A stretch of 64,000 nt of DNA. Origin: Prochlorococcaceae cyanobacterium (lineage in GTDB: Bacteria; Cyanobacteriota; Cyanobacteriia; PCC-6307; Cyanobiaceae). Each line of letters begins with the position of its first letter. The stretch's first letter is position 1. The notes under the pieces were generated by a model, which worked only from the letters and a program-made list of their open reading frames with translations, did not search any database and was not told where the DNA came from. The DNA lies in assembly GCA_049664045.1 (NCBI GenBank), contig JBATEO010000058.1, positions 7,997-71,996 of the forward strand, in the 5' to 3' direction. Shown here piece by piece: positions 38,825 to 50,050 of the stretch. The translations under genes were made by a program, and so were the position numbers.

Positions 38825-40423
38825 TTAGCTGGGAGGCGTCACCCAGTCGGCCGCATTCAGGGCTGGAAACAGGTGATCCTCCCGCTGCACGGCCCGGATC
38901 CAGCCGGCGGGCAGATCGCTGCCGTTGTCGATGGCATCCATCAGCCGCCAGAAGCGGTCGAGGTGGCGCTGGATGCGCTCCCGCGCCAGTTCGGTGGTGG
39001 TGCCTGCCCTGAGGATGAAGCTCCAGTCGGAGCTCTGGGCCAGCAGCAGCTCCCGGCCCGCCTGGGTGAGCAGATCCCGCTGTTCGGGGCTGGCCACGCC
39101 CTGGTTCACGCGGCGCACCATCGCCCGCGACGCCCGCTGCCATTCCGGCACCACCCAGGCATTGCTGTCGTTGAGCCAGTAGTCGTGGTAGCCGCCCTGC
39201 CCCCAGCTGCTGGGAGACGGCCGGCACACCTGCAGGCTGGGACGCTGCTGCAGGGCTTCGCGCAGGCTCACCAGCCGCACGCCGGCATCGTGCGACTGGC
39301 GGAACAGTGCCGCCAGGAACTGGGGACCCTCGAACCACCAGTGGCCGAAGAGCTCGGCGTCGAAGGGGGCCACCAGCAGGGGAACCGGCTCCATCGAGCC
39401 GACCAGGCCCCCGAGCTCGGCGGCACGGCCGGCGAGGTAGGCCCCGGCGTGCTCCTGCACCCGCCGGGCAGCTGTGGCGGGGTCGTAGGGCCGCTTGTGC
39501 TCAAGCGGGCAGCCCTGGCCGGTGACCCGGTGCAGTTTCAGCCCCAGGGGGCGGCGGCTGCCGATCCCCGCTTCCTCCAGCTGCTCCTCGGGCAGGTCCC
39601 AGCCCAGGTCGCGGTGAAACTCGCGATAGGCGCCATCGCCTGGATAGCCCTCGCGCGCGCTCCACACCGGCAGAGTGGCGTTGCCGTCGCGGCCGAAGAA
39701 GGCCACACCTGCGGGGGAGCAGATCGGCGAGAAGACGCCATAGCGGGGCCGGGGCAGGGCGTGCAGCAGGCCGTGGCCGTCGAGCACCGTGTAGCGCAGA
39801 CCGGCGGCGAGCAGCTGCTGGTCCAGGCCCTCGTAGTAGGCGCATTCCGGCAGCCAGATCCCCAGGGGCCGTTCACCGAGCTGGCGTTCGTGCTCGCGCA
39901 CGGCGTTGATCAGCTGAGCCCGCACCGCCTCCGGCACCTCCCGCAGCAGGGGCAGGTAGCCGTGGGTGGCGCCGCAGGTGATCAGGTCGAGCACCCCGAG
40001 CTGCTGCAGGCGCTGAAAGCGGGGCACCACCCGCCCCTCATGGTCGAGCCACTGGCTCTCGATCGCCTGCAGTTGCCCGGCCAGGTGCTCGGCGGCCTCC
40101 CGGTGCTCGCCCGGTGCCTGCTTCAGCAGGTGCTGCCGCTGCACCAGCCAGGGCAGGAAGCGGGCATTGAGCTCCCTGTCGCTCAGCAGGCTGAGCAGGG
40201 TGGGCGAGAGCCCCAGGGTGAGGCGGGGATTCTGGCGCCGGTCCGCGGCCGCTGCCTCCAGCACCGCCAGCAGCGGCAGATAGCACTCCTGCAGGGCCTG
40301 GAAATACCAGTCCTCCTCGAGGGAACCGGCTTCCCCGCTGCGCACGTAGGGGAGATGGGCGTGAAGGACGAGAGCCAGATCGCCGGAGAACCGATCGCTG
40401 CTGGCCGGACCGCCGTTGCCCAT
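38825..40423 (-). CDS. GH57-family 1,4-alpha-glucan branching-type enzyme
   Basis: 532 aa. LALVLHAHLPYVRS…EDWYFQALQECYLPLL is the typical GH57 N-terminus. Also WLPECAY and APFDAELFGHWWFEGP. Confidence 0.85.
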   Translation of the reverse strand: MGNGGPASSDRFSGDLALVLHAHLPYVRSGEAGSLEEDWYFQALQECYLPLLAVLEAAAADRRQNPRLTLGLSPTLLSLLSDRELNARFLPWLVQRQHLLKQAPGEHREAAEHLAGQLQAIESQWLDHEGRVVPRFQRLQQLGVLDLITCGATHGYLPLLREVPEAVRAQLINAVREHERQLGERPLGIWLPECAYYEGLDQQLLAAGLRYTVLDGHGLLHALPRPRYGVFSPICSPAGVAFFGRDGNATLPVWSAREGYPGDGAYREFHRDLGWDLPEEQLEEAGIGSRRPLGLKLHRVTGQGCPLEHKRPYDPATAARRVQEHAGAYLAGRAAELGGLVGSMEPVPLLVAPFDAELFGHWWFEGPQFLAALFRQSHDAGVRLVSLREALQQRPSLQVCRPSPSSWGQGGYHDYWLNDSNAWVVPEWQRASRAMVRRVNQGVASPEQRDLLTQAGRELLLAQSSDWSFILRAGTTTELARERIQRHLDRFWRLMDAIDNGSDLPAGWIRAVQREDHLFPALNAADWVTPPS

Positions 40424-40588
40424 GGCACCGCCGCACTGCCGCCACTGTACGGGCTTCCCAACAGGCCCCCGCCGCCGGGGCTTTCGCCCGCGGCCCGGCG
40501 GGCTACGGTCTGCTTCTGGTGCTCCACAGGCCCCGCAGCGGCCGCATCACGCCTCCGCGGTGTTCTTCCTGCCCCTTCACCAGCGCCC

Positions 40589-41179
40589 GTGACCAGCACC
40601 CAGCCTCCACAACAGTTCCCCGGGCGCCTGCGCCGGCGGCTGGTGCTGGCGGTGGACGGCCACAGCATGTTCTACGCCCAGCAGAAACTGGGCTGGTTCT
40701 TCGATCCACGCCGGCTGCTGGCCCATGCCGAAGAGCAGCCGGAGCTAGAGCTCACGAGTGCCTTCTGGTATGCCGGCCTGCGCGATCCCGGCGACCAGCG
40801 GCCCTTCCGCGACGCTCTCACCAGCCTGGGCTTCACCGTGCGCACGCGCCCTCTGCGGGAGCTGGGAGGAGCGGCTGGCGGTGCCGAAGGCGAGCCGCGC
40901 CAGCAGTTCATGCGCGCCAACCTCGATGTCGAGATCGCCGTCGACCTGATGGCGGTGGCTGACCGCACCGACGTGGTGTGGCTGCTCAGTGGCAGCCGCG
41001 ACCTGGACCGGCTGGTGGAGGTGCTGCGGGCCCGGGGGCTGCAGATCATCCTGATGAGCACCGAGGGGATGGTGGCCCGCGAGCTGCGCAACGCGGCCGA
41101 CCGCTTCGTGGATCTGGCCGGCCTGCGGCAGCAGCTGGAGAAGGCCGAGGCGATTCAGGTGCCGGTGTTCTCCCGCTGA
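40589..41179 (+). CDS. NYN-domain (LabA/DUF88-like) protein
   Basis: This is the last 196 codons of ORF 38873..41179, from an in-frame GTG at 40589: RRRLVLAVDGHSMFYAQQKLGWFFDPRRLL…ANLDVEIAVDLMAVADRTDVVWLLSGSRDLDRLVEVLRARG. The upstream part of that ORF is antisense to the GH57 gene. The start is uncertain. Confidence 0.7.
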   Translation: MTSTQPPQQFPGRLRRRLVLAVDGHSMFYAQQKLGWFFDPRRLLAHAEEQPELELTSAFWYAGLRDPGDQRPFRDALTSLGFTVRTRPLRELGGAAGGAEGEPRQQFMRANLDVEIAVDLMAVADRTDVVWLLSGSRDLDRLVEVLRARGLQIILMSTEGMVARELRNAADRFVDLAGLRQQLEKAEAIQVPVFSR

Positions 41180-41278
41180 GCGGCCGCCTGCCCGCCCGCG
41201 GCGATGTGACCGGCTCCCGGGGCCAGAAGGGAGGGGGGCATGCTTCTAGAATGGGAACAACTCATAGTCATTCCGCAT

Positions 41279-41284
41279 AAGGAG
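41279..41284 (+). promoter_or_regulatory. Shine-Dalgarno-like AAGGAG 6 nt upstream of the leuA ATG
   Basis: The sequence is cataAGGAGccttccATG, inside a locally lower-G+C leader (41230-41290). Confidence 0.5.
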
Positions 41285-41290
41285 CCTTCC

Positions 41291-42934
41291 ATGGCCCGCG
41301 ACCCCGGCCGGGTGCTGATCTTCGACACCACCCTGCGCGACGGCGAGCAGTCGCCCGGCGCCAGCCTCAACCTGGAGGAGAAACTGGCGATCGCCCAGCA
41401 GCTGGCCCGCCTGGGGGTGGACATCATCGAGGCCGGCTTCCCCTTCGCCAGCCCCGGCGACTTCAACGCGGTTCAGCGCATTGCTGACACCGTCGGTACC
41501 GCCGATGGCCCGATCATCTGCGGCCTGGCCCGGGCGGCCGCCGGCGACATCAAGGCCTGCGCCGACGCTGTGGCGCCAGCGGCCCACCGGCGCATCCACA
41601 CCTTCATCGCCACCAGCGACATCCACCTGGAGCACAAGCTGCGCAAGACCCGCGCCGAGGTGCTGGCGATCACCACCGAGATGGTGGACTACGCCCGCTC
41701 CCTGGTGGACGACGTGGAGTTCTCCTGCGAGGACGCAGGCCGCAGCGATCCGGAGTTCATGTATGAGGTGATCGAGGCGGCGATCAGGGCCGGCGCCACC
41801 ACGATCAACATCCCCGACACGGTGGGTTACACCACCCCAGCGGAGTTCGGCGAGCTGATCGCCGGCATCAACGCCCACGTGCCCAACATCGACCAGGCCG
41901 TGATCTCAGTGCACGGCCACAACGACCTGGGCCTGGCGGTGGCCAATTTCCTTGAGGCGGTCAAGAACGGCGCCCGCCAGCTGGAGTGCACGATCAACGG
42001 CATCGGCGAGCGGGCGGGCAATGCCTCGCTCGAGGAGCTGGTGATGGCGCTGCATGTGCGCCGCAGCTACTTCAACCCCTTCCTGGGCCGGCCGGCAGAG
42101 TCCACCGAGCCGCTCACCGGTGTGCGCACCGAGGAGATCACCAAGACCTCGCGGCTGGTGAGCAACCTCACCGGCATGGCGGTGCAGCCCAACAAGGCGA
42201 TCGTGGGCGCCAATGCCTTCGCACATGAATCGGGCATCCATCAGGATGGCGTGCTCAAGAACCGCCTCACCTACGAGATCATCGACGCCCGCACCGTGGG
42301 CCTCACCGACAACCGCATCTCCCTGGGCAAGCTGAGCGGCCGCAGCGCCTTCCGGGCGCGGCTTGAGGAGCTGGGCTACGAGCTCAGCCGCGAGGATCTC
42401 GATGACGCCTTCGCCCGCTTCAAGGAGCTGGCCGACCGCAAGCGGGAGATCACTGACCGCGATCTGGAGGCGATCGTGAGCGAGCAGGTGCAGCAGCAGG
42501 ACGAGAGCAGCTTCACGCTCAAGAGCGTGCAGGTGAGCTGCGGCACCGGCCTGCAGCCCACCGCCACCGTCACCCTGGTGAACTCCGATGGCGCCGAGCT
42601 CACCGAGGCGGCCATCGGCACCGGTCCCGTGGATGCGGTGTGTCAGGCCCTCAACCGTCTGGCCCAGGTGCCCAACGAGCTGGTGGAGTTCTCGGTGAAG
42701 AGCGTCACCGAGGGCATCGACGCCATGGGTGAGGTGACGATCCGCCTGCGCCACAAGGGGGTGCTCTACTCCGGCCATGCGGCCGACACCGACATCGTGG
42801 TGGCGGCGGCCCAGGCTTTCGTGAACGCCCTCAACCGGCTGCTGGCCGGCAGCCACACCCTGCCGCTGCATCCCCAGCGGGCCCCGTTGCCGGTGCTGGG
42901 TGATCTGCCCCTGGCCGAGCGGCCACGGGTGTGA
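41291..42934 (+). CDS. leuA: 2-isopropylmalate synthase
   Basis: The ATG at 41291 gives [26 protein letters not shown]… Also [13 protein letters not shown] and a C-terminal LeuA dimerisation/regulatory domain. Confidence 0.97.
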   Translation: MARDPGRVLIFDTTLRDGEQSPGASLNLEEKLAIAQQLARLGVDIIEAGFPFASPGDFNAVQRIADTVGTADGPIICGLARAAAGDIKACADAVAPAAHRRIHTFIATSDIHLEHKLRKTRAEVLAITTEMVDYARSLVDDVEFSCEDAGRSDPEFMYEVIEAAIRAGATTINIPDTVGYTTPAEFGELIAGINAHVPNIDQAVISVHGHNDLGLAVANFLEAVKNGARQLECTINGIGERAGNASLEELVMALHVRRSYFNPFLGRPAESTEPLTGVRTEEITKTSRLVSNLTGMAVQPNKAIVGANAFAHESGIHQDGVLKNRLTYEIIDARTVGLTDNRISLGKLSGRSAFRARLEELGYELSREDLDDAFARFKELADRKREITDRDLEAIVSEQVQQQDESSFTLKSVQVSCGTGLQPTATVTLVNSDGAELTEAAIGTGPVDAVCQALNRLAQVPNELVEFSVKSVTEGIDAMGEVTIRLRHKGVLYSGHAADTDIVVAAAQAFVNALNRLLAGSHTLPLHPQRAPLPVLGDLPLAERPRV

Positions 42935-42968
42935 GTGCCAGCATGCGGGCTGCCGGCATGAGCCTCTG

Positions 42969-43835
42969 ATGGGTGCGTCCACCACCGCTGCGCGGCGTTC
43001 GCCGCTGGCGCGCCGGCCCTCCCTGGCCGCCGCCCTTCAGCTGGTGCTGCTGCTGCTGGTGGCTCTGGCCATGCTCGTGCCGCTGCTGTGGCTGGTGAGC
43101 ACCTCGCTGAAGGGGCCGGCCGAGGACATCTTCACCAGTCCCCCGGCGCTGCTGCCGGCCGAGCCCAGCCTGGAGGCCTACCGGCGCCTGTTCGCCGACA
43201 GTCCGATGGCCACCTACCTGCGCAACAGCGCGATCGTGAGCGGCTTGGCGGTGCTTGCCAATCTCACCTTCTGCTCCCTGGCGGCCTATCCGCTGGCGCG
43301 CATGCGCTTCGCCGGCCGGGGACTGGTGCTGGCGCTGGTGGTGGCCACCATCCTGATCCCCTTCCAGGTGGTGATGATCCCGCTCTACCTGCTGATGGTG
43401 CAGATCGGCCTGCGCAACACGCTCTGGGCGCTGATCATTCCCCAGGCCGCCACCGCCTTCGGCATCTTTCTGCTGCGTCAGAGCTTCCTGGGGGTGCCGG
43501 TGGAGCTGGAGGAGGCGGCCCGCTGCGACGGCTGCACGCCGATCGGCGAATGGTGGAACGTGATGATTCCGGCGGCCCGGGCCGACCTGATCACCCTGGC
43601 GATGTTCGTGTTCATCGGCACCTGGAGCGACTTCCTCTGGCCGCTGGTGATCCTCGATGAGCCGGAGCTCTACACCCTTCCTCTGGGCCTGCAGCAGCTG
43701 GCCAGCAGCTTCTCCCTCGACTGGCGACTGGTGGCCGCCGGCGCGGTGGTCTCGATCCTGCCGGTGCTGGCCCTGTTCATCGGCCTGCAGCGCTACATCC
43801 TCCCCAGCGCCAGCGGCGACGCGGTGAAGGGCTGA
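42969..43835 (+). CDS. ABC transporter permease (carbohydrate, MalG-type)
   Basis: ATG at 42969. It has six hydrophobic helices and the EAA loop VELEEAARCDGCTPIGEWWNVMIP. No partner genes are adjacent. Confidence 0.85.
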   Translation: MGASTTAARRSPLARRPSLAAALQLVLLLLVALAMLVPLLWLVSTSLKGPAEDIFTSPPALLPAEPSLEAYRRLFADSPMATYLRNSAIVSGLAVLANLTFCSLAAYPLARMRFAGRGLVLALVVATILIPFQVVMIPLYLLMVQIGLRNTLWALIIPQAATAFGIFLLRQSFLGVPVELEEAARCDGCTPIGEWWNVMIPAARADLITLAMFVFIGTWSDFLWPLVILDEPELYTLPLGLQQLASSFSLDWRLVAAGAVVSILPVLALFIGLQRYILPSASGDAVKG

Positions 43836-43856
43836 GAGGCCTGCTTTGGTCTTTCC

Positions 43857-44408
<552 letters not shown>

Positions 44409-44497
44409 CGGATCGGCCTCGCCTGAACCCCAATCCTGCCCGATCCCCTGGGATCATGGCCTGGCCCCCGCCTCGCCCCTGGCTGGATGACGCGCCC

Positions 44498-45544
44498 ATG
44501 ACGATTCTCGTGACCGGCGGTGCCGGCTACATCGGCAGCCACACGGTGCGGCACCTGCAGGGTGCCGGCCACCCCGTGCTGGTGCTCGACAACCTGGTGT
44601 ACGGCCACCGAGACATCGCCGAGCAGGTGCTGGGGGTGCCGCTGGTCGTTGGTCAGCTCGGGGATCGTGAGCTGCTCGACCGGCTGCTCGACGGCAGTTA
44701 TCCGCTGTTGCCCGCGGGGCCGGTGCGGGCGGTGCTGCACTTCGCCGCCTACGCCTATGTGGGCGAGAGTGTGGCCGATCCGGCTCGCTACTACCGCAAC
44801 AACCTGGGCGACACCCTGGTGCTGCTTGAGGCATTGCGTTCGGAGAGCGAGCGCCGCGACGGTCCGATCCCGCTGGTGTTCAGTTCCACCTGCGCCACGT
44901 ACGGCATCCCGGAACCCGATCAGATCCCGATCCGCGAAACCACCCCCCAGCGGCCGATCAATCCCTATGGCCGCAGCAAGTGGATGGTGGAGCAGCTGCT
45001 GGCGGACTTCGCCGCCGCCTACGGCCAGCCCAGCGTGATCTTCCGCTACTTCAACGCTGCCGGCGCCGATCCGGCCGGGGACCTGGGCGAGGACCACACA
45101 CCCGAAACCCATCTGATCCCGCTGGTGCTGGAAGCTCTGGCCGGCCGCCGCGGGGCGGTGGAGGTGTACGGCCGCGACTACCCAACCCCCGATGGCACCT
45201 GCATCCGCGACTACATCCACGTGAGCGACCTGGCGGCCGCCCATGGGCTCGGGCTGCAGCGGCTGCTGGGCGGCACCCCGGTCCCCGCCTCAGCCTCTGC
45301 ACCCCTGGTGTACAACCTGGGCACCGGCCGCGGCTACTCGGTGCAGGAGGTGATCGAGGCGGCGCGGCAGGTCACCGGCCGTGAGCTCACGCTGCTGGAC
45401 GCCCCGCGCCGGCCCGGCGACCCTGCCGAACTGGTGGCCGATGCCACCCGCGCGCAAGCCGAGCTGGGCTGGCGGCCGCAGCGCTCCGATCTGCGATCGA
45501 TCCTGGCCGACGCCTGGGCCTGGCATCAGCGGCGCTGGTCATGA
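44498..45544 (+). CDS. galE: UDP-glucose 4-epimerase
   Basis: The ATG at 44498 gives MTILVTGGAGYIGSHTV. Also the catalytic YGRSKWMVE. Confidence 0.95.
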   Translation: MTILVTGGAGYIGSHTVRHLQGAGHPVLVLDNLVYGHRDIAEQVLGVPLVVGQLGDRELLDRLLDGSYPLLPAGPVRAVLHFAAYAYVGESVADPARYYRNNLGDTLVLLEALRSESERRDGPIPLVFSSTCATYGIPEPDQIPIRETTPQRPINPYGRSKWMVEQLLADFAAAYGQPSVIFRYFNAAGADPAGDLGEDHTPETHLIPLVLEALAGRRGAVEVYGRDYPTPDGTCIRDYIHVSDLAAAHGLGLQRLLGGTPVPASASAPLVYNLGTGRGYSVQEVIEAARQVTGRELTLLDAPRRPGDPAELVADATRAQAELGWRPQRSDLRSILADAWAWHQRRWS

Positions 45545-47055
45545 CCTCCATGGCCTCGCCCGGCAGCTGCCCGCAACAGCTGCGACTCAGTGGCGGCGTA
45601 GACGGCATCGGCCTCATCGGCGCTGCGGCCGATGCAGGTCATGCCCAGCTTGCCGAATTCCGACAGGCAGCCCAGCAGGTGGAAGACACTGCCGCGCAGC
45701 TGAGCCGGGTCGTAGTGCAGGCCGGCCTCGGCCACGATGTCGATCAGATCGATGGGCAGAAGCCCGCGCAGGCGCGGGTCGCAGAGGTTGTCGGTGGCCC
45801 GGTAGTACAACGGCATCCCGGCGGGTGAGCGGAACAGGCCGTCGCCGGCATCCATGCGGCCGCTGGTGATGGCCTGCAGTGCCATGTAGGGGTGGGTGGT
45901 GCCGCCCTGGCGCAGGTTCACCTCGATCGCCTGAAGCTCCCAGCGCTCCCCGAAGCGGCGGGCGATGAAGTCCACCGCGTAGCGCTCCAGGGCCCCCTCG
46001 GCGGCGAGGGCTTCCCCCACCGACCGGCCATGGCGCAGCAGCTCCGTCCGGTAGGCAGCGGTCGCGGGGAACTGGCAGCCCAGGTAGGTCTGGCCGTTGC
46101 CGCCCCCCAGCACCTGCTCGTGGCTGGAGAGCACCTCCACCTCCGGCGGGCGGCCCGCGCCGCCGGGGTGAATCATTCCCTGCACGCTCGGCGAGCGGAT
46201 CTCTTCTCCCCCCTCCAGCCAGGCCTCCACCAGCGCACCCTGCTCGGCCAGTTGCACCAGCCAGTCATGGGTCGGCATCGGCAGGTGCTCCAGGGCGCTG
46301 CGAAGGCTCCGCCGCCGTTCCCGCGCCGCCAGTTGCGCCAACCCCAGAGGCTGCAGCGACAGGGCCGCGTTACCCTCGCCGCTGAAGCCCTCGTTGAGTT
46401 TCACCACGCACCGGCGCAGCTCGGGATGGGCTTCCCACAGCTCCGCCGTGGCTTCTGCAAGGGTGTCGAGGTCGTGCACCAGGCCGCTGCCGGGGGGATG
46501 GGGCACCCCGCAGCGGGCGAACAGCTCACGGCTGCCGGCCTTGCTGCCCCAGTGGGCCAGGGCGGGGTCGGTGCCCAGCAGCGGCACCTGCAGCCGCTCC
46601 GAGAGCTGCCGCTCGAGATCGCTCACCACGAAGCAGCTGATGAAGCTGCGGCCCGGACGCAGCAGTTCGGCGATGCGCTGCAGCAGCGCAGGGCGTTCCA
46701 GCAGCTTGGCCGCCAGGGGCCGGCAGGAGGCATCGTCGGTGTCCACCAGGTGCAGCCGCCGCCGGGCGTGGGAGGTGGGCACGCCCGGCAGCAGTTCCAG
46801 CACCGCGTCCACCACCAGGTCGGCCAGGGGTTTGCTGCTGGCGTACACCATGCGCACGCCGGGATGGCGCAGGCCGATCAGGGAGAAGAGCTGGCGCTCC
46901 TCGTAGTGGTGGGCGCCGGTGACCAGACCCATCTGGCGCTGATCCATCGACAGCGACGGCACGACCAGCACGTCCACCTCGGGGCCATGGCCGCCGGTGG
47001 CCCGTCCCCAGGAGGGCTGGAGCTGGGCCTGCAGCTGCCGAAAGTTGAGTGCCAT
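45526..47055 (-). CDS. ATP-grasp family protein, PGM1-like peptide-ligase-related
   Basis: The ATG at 47055 (MALNFRQLQAQL…) lies within ORF 45526..47121 and overlaps the upstream stop by 1 nt (TGATG). Motifs seen: CVVKLNEGFSGEGNA and YAVDFIARRFGERWELQAIEVNLRQGGTTHP (ATP-grasp E-x-N region). The family name is from memory of database annotation. Confidence 0.65.
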   Translation of the reverse strand: MALNFRQLQAQLQPSWGRATGGHGPEVDVLVVPSLSMDQRQMGLVTGAHHYEERQLFSLIGLRHPGVRMVYASSKPLADLVVDAVLELLPGVPTSHARRRLHLVDTDDASCRPLAAKLLERPALLQRIAELLRPGRSFISCFVVSDLERQLSERLQVPLLGTDPALAHWGSKAGSRELFARCGVPHPPGSGLVHDLDTLAEATAELWEAHPELRRCVVKLNEGFSGEGNAALSLQPLGLAQLAARERRRSLRSALEHLPMPTHDWLVQLAEQGALVEAWLEGGEEIRSPSVQGMIHPGGAGRPPEVEVLSSHEQVLGGGNGQTYLGCQFPATAAYRTELLRHGRSVGEALAAEGALERYAVDFIARRFGERWELQAIEVNLRQGGTTHPYMALQAITSGRMDAGDGLFRSPAGMPLYYRATDNLCDPRLRGLLPIDLIDIVAEAGLHYDPAQLRGSVFHLLGCLSEFGKLGMTCIGRSADEADAVYAATESQLLRAAAGRGHGGHDQRR

Positions 47056-49112
47056 CAGGCGCTGTAGGCCTTGCGGGCCGGGATGGGATAGGGGATGCGC
47101 CGATGCCGCATGCGCTTCCACACCCGCACGAAGGCCCGGATCAGCAGCTCCAGTTCGGCGCGGCTGAGGCCGCTGCTGGCCAGCTGACCGTCGCGCTGGC
47201 GTGCTTCCAGGATCCGCCGCACCATCTCCCGGGCCTCAGCCTCGGTCGTGGTGGGCGGCAGGGACCGCAGGGCGGCTTCGCAGCCGTCGGCCAGCATCAG
47301 GATCCCCGTCTCGCGGCTGCGGGGGGTGGGGCCTCGGTAGCGGAACAGCTCCTCGGGAACGGCGGGATTGCGCTCGCGGGCCTGATGGAGGAAGTAGCCC
47401 ATCTTGAGCGTGCCCTGGTGCTCCGGGATGAAGTCCGCCAGGGGGCGTGGCAGCCGGTAACGGCGCGCGAGCCTGAGCCCCTCATCCACGTGCGCCTGGA
47501 GAATGGAGGCACTGGTGAAGGGGTCGTCGAGCTGGTCGTGGGGGTTGCGCCCCCCCTCCTGGTTCTCGATGAACCACTGCGGTCCGTGCAGCTTGCCCAC
47601 GTCGTGGTACAGCGCCCCGGTACGCACCAGATCCACATCGGCGCCGATGCTGCGGGCCCCTTCCTCCGCCAGCCCGGCGATCATCAGGGTGTGTTCGAAC
47701 GTGCCCGGGGCCTCGCAGGAGAGCCTGCGCAGCAGGGGCCGTTCCAGGTCGGCCAGCTCCAGCAGCCGGGCCCGCGTCAGCAGCCCGAAGGAGGTTTCCA
47801 CCAGCGGCGCCAGCAGCAGGCCGAGCATCAGCAGGCCTGCCAGCATCAGCCCTTCGCCCACGAGGTCGATCTGCCCCGGCTGGCCGCGGCCCTGCAGCAG
47901 CAGCCATTGCATCAGCACCGCTCCGGCCGGCAGCAGCACCGCCAGCTGCAGCAGCCCGGCCCGGCTGCGCTGGCGGTCGGCGGCCATCGCCGCCACCGTG
48001 CCGGTGGCCGCTGCCACCAGCAGTCGCACCCCCAGCACTCCGCTCAGTGGCAGGGGCCAGAGCAGGGTGGCCGCGGCCAGCCAGGCCAGCCCGCAGCCGC
48101 TGCCCAGCCCCTGAGACAGCAGCAGCGTGGGTGGCACCAGCAGCAGCATCGGGCTGGCCAGGGCCCCCAGCCACAGGTTCACCCCCTGCACCGCCAGCAG
48201 GGCGGCCAGGGACAGCATCACCTGGCGCGGCTCCAGGCTGGGCCTCCAGCGCCGCTGCAGCAGCACCAGCACGAGACACACGGTCAGGGATTCGAGGAAG
48301 TGGCCCAGCCAGGCCATGGGCCGCGGCCGGCGGTTCACCAGGCCGAAGTAATCGAGCACGTCGAAGGCCTGGGGGCTGATGCGCTCGCCCTGCTGCACCA
48401 CCAGATCGCCTTGCTTGACGTTGATTGTTGGGATGCCTTCCTGATTGATCAGGGCTTCGATGCGCCGCTGGCTGAGGGCGGGATCGCTGCGCAGGTTCGA
48501 CTGGCCCTGCAGCCCGTGCACCAGCAGCCGGGCGCCCACATCCCGGGCCTCCTTCGGCAGGCTGGCGAGCTGCATGCTGGCGGCCTGGAGCAGCTGACCC
48601 TCCGCCACCCCTGGCGCCAGACCCTGGCTGAGCATGCGCAGCTGGGCCTGGCGCACCTCCCGTTCCCAGGCGGTGCGCTGCACGCTGCTGAGGCCCCGTA
48701 GCCAGGCCCGCTCGGCTTCGGTGAGTGACACCGGTTTCACCAGCTTCGGCTCGTCTCCGCCCTGGATGTCCATGGCCTGCAGGCTCTCCTCGAGCCGCTC
48801 CCGCAGCACGGCGCTGGCCTCCTCATCCACCACCTGCACGGTGGTGCGGGGGAGCATCTGCTCGCGGCGCTGCTCCAGGGCCGCGCTGTCCACCACCCGG
48901 GCAGCCTGCGGCGCCCGCACCGTGAAGGGGGCCACCATGCCGGCGCGCAGGTTGGGCTCCACCAGCCAGGGCCAGCTCGACAGTAGGGCCGCCAGCAGGC
49001 AGACCAGCAGCACCGCCGCCGCATCCTGTCCGCGCCACCAGGCCGGGCTCTGCAGCGGTCGCTCAGCCCGCAGCAGACGCCGCCAGAGGGTTCGCAGCCG
49101 CAGCTGTCGCAT
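47055..49112 (-). CDS. 7TM-receptor HD/HDIG phosphohydrolase (PgpH-like)
   Basis: 685 aa. It has an N-terminal extracytoplasmic domain, about 7 TM helices (residues ~270-440) and an HD domain (HTLMIAGLAEEGARSIG…GALYHDVGKL…PEHQGT). Confidence 0.8.
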   Translation of the reverse strand: MRQLRLRTLWRRLLRAERPLQSPAWWRGQDAAAVLLVCLLAALLSSWPWLVEPNLRAGMVAPFTVRAPQAARVVDSAALEQRREQMLPRTTVQVVDEEASAVLRERLEESLQAMDIQGGDEPKLVKPVSLTEAERAWLRGLSSVQRTAWEREVRQAQLRMLSQGLAPGVAEGQLLQAASMQLASLPKEARDVGARLLVHGLQGQSNLRSDPALSQRRIEALINQEGIPTINVKQGDLVVQQGERISPQAFDVLDYFGLVNRRPRPMAWLGHFLESLTVCLVLVLLQRRWRPSLEPRQVMLSLAALLAVQGVNLWLGALASPMLLLVPPTLLLSQGLGSGCGLAWLAAATLLWPLPLSGVLGVRLLVAAATGTVAAMAADRQRSRAGLLQLAVLLPAGAVLMQWLLLQGRGQPGQIDLVGEGLMLAGLLMLGLLLAPLVETSFGLLTRARLLELADLERPLLRRLSCEAPGTFEHTLMIAGLAEEGARSIGADVDLVRTGALYHDVGKLHGPQWFIENQEGGRNPHDQLDDPFTSASILQAHVDEGLRLARRYRLPRPLADFIPEHQGTLKMGYFLHQARERNPAVPEELFRYRGPTPRSRETGILMLADGCEAALRSLPPTTTEAEAREMVRRILEARQRDGQLASSGLSRAELELLIRAFVRVWKRMRHRRIPYPIPARKAYSA

Positions 49113-49167
49113 GCCACAAAACTAATCGCCGGGGCCATTGCAAGCTGGGGCCTGCCCTGCATGCCCC

Positions 49168-50049
49168 ATGGCCACCAGACTTGATGGTCGTCAGCTCGCT
49201 GCCGAGATCGAAGCGCGGCTGCACGCCGCCATCGGTGAACGCGAGGGCGTGATCGGCCGCCCGCCGGGGCTGGCCGTGCTGCGGGTGGGTGACGATCCCG
49301 CCAGCGGTGTGTATGTGGCCAACAAGGAGAAGGCCTGCGGCCGGGTGGGCATCACCAGCCTCGGCGCCCACCTGCCGGCCGCAGCGTCCACTGCCGAGGT
49401 GCTGGAGGCCGTTCAGCGCCTCAATGCCGATCCCGCCTGCGACGGCATCCTGCTGCAGCTGCCCCTGCCCCCCGGCCTCGATGAAGTGCCGCTGCTGGCG
49501 GCGATCGATCCGGAGAAGGACGCCGATGGTCTGCACACCCTCAATCTGGGCCGCTTGCTCAAGGGCGAGACCGGCCCCCGCAGCTGCACCCCGGCTGGGG
49601 TGATGGCGCTGCTGGCCCGCCATGGGGTGGTGCTGGCCGGCCGCCGGGCCGTGGTGGTGGGCCGCAGCATCCTGGTGGGCAAGCCGATGGCGCTGATGCT
49701 GCAGGCCGCCGACGCCACCGTCAGCGTGGCCCATTCGCGCACGGTGGACCTGGCAGGGCTCTGCCGCGAGGCGGAGGTGCTGGTGGTGGCTGCCGGACGG
49801 CCCGGGATCATCGGTGCCGAGCATGTGCGGCCCGGCGCGGCGGTGGTGGATGTGGGCATTCACCGGCGGCCGCAGGGAGGCCTGTGCGGGGACGTGCGCG
49901 CCGAGGAAGTGGAGCCCCTGGCCGCGGCCCTCACGCCGGTGCCCGGTGGGGTGGGGCCGATGACCGTGACCATGCTGCTGGTGAACACGGTGGTGGCCTG
50001 GTGCCGGCGCCATGGCCTGGCCCACGGCCTCGACGATCTGGTGACCTGA
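49168..50049 (+). CDS. folD: bifunctional methylene-THF dehydrogenase/methenyl-THF cyclohydrolase
   Basis: The ATG at 49168 gives [18 protein letters not shown]… Also [34 protein letters not shown] and [15 protein letters not shown]. Confidence 0.95.
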   Translation: MATRLDGRQLAAEIEARLHAAIGEREGVIGRPPGLAVLRVGDDPASGVYVANKEKACGRVGITSLGAHLPAAASTAEVLEAVQRLNADPACDGILLQLPLPPGLDEVPLLAAIDPEKDADGLHTLNLGRLLKGETGPRSCTPAGVMALLARHGVVLAGRRAVVVGRSILVGKPMALMLQAADATVSVAHSRTVDLAGLCREAEVLVVAAGRPGIIGAEHVRPGAAVVDVGIHRRPQGGLCGDVRAEEVEPLAAALTPVPGGVGPMTVTMLLVNTVVAWCRRHGLAHGLDDLVT

Positions 50050-50050
50050 C

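Noticed and set aside
38873-40588. The first ~570 codons of ORF 38873..41179 (+)
   Set aside because: This part is antisense to the GH57 gene and is low-complexity. Only the last ~196 codons (the NYN domain) look like a real protein.
47049-48701. ORF 47049..48701 (+), 550 aa
   Set aside because: It is antisense to the 7TM-HD gene. The product is Q/G/P/H/A-rich with no domains.
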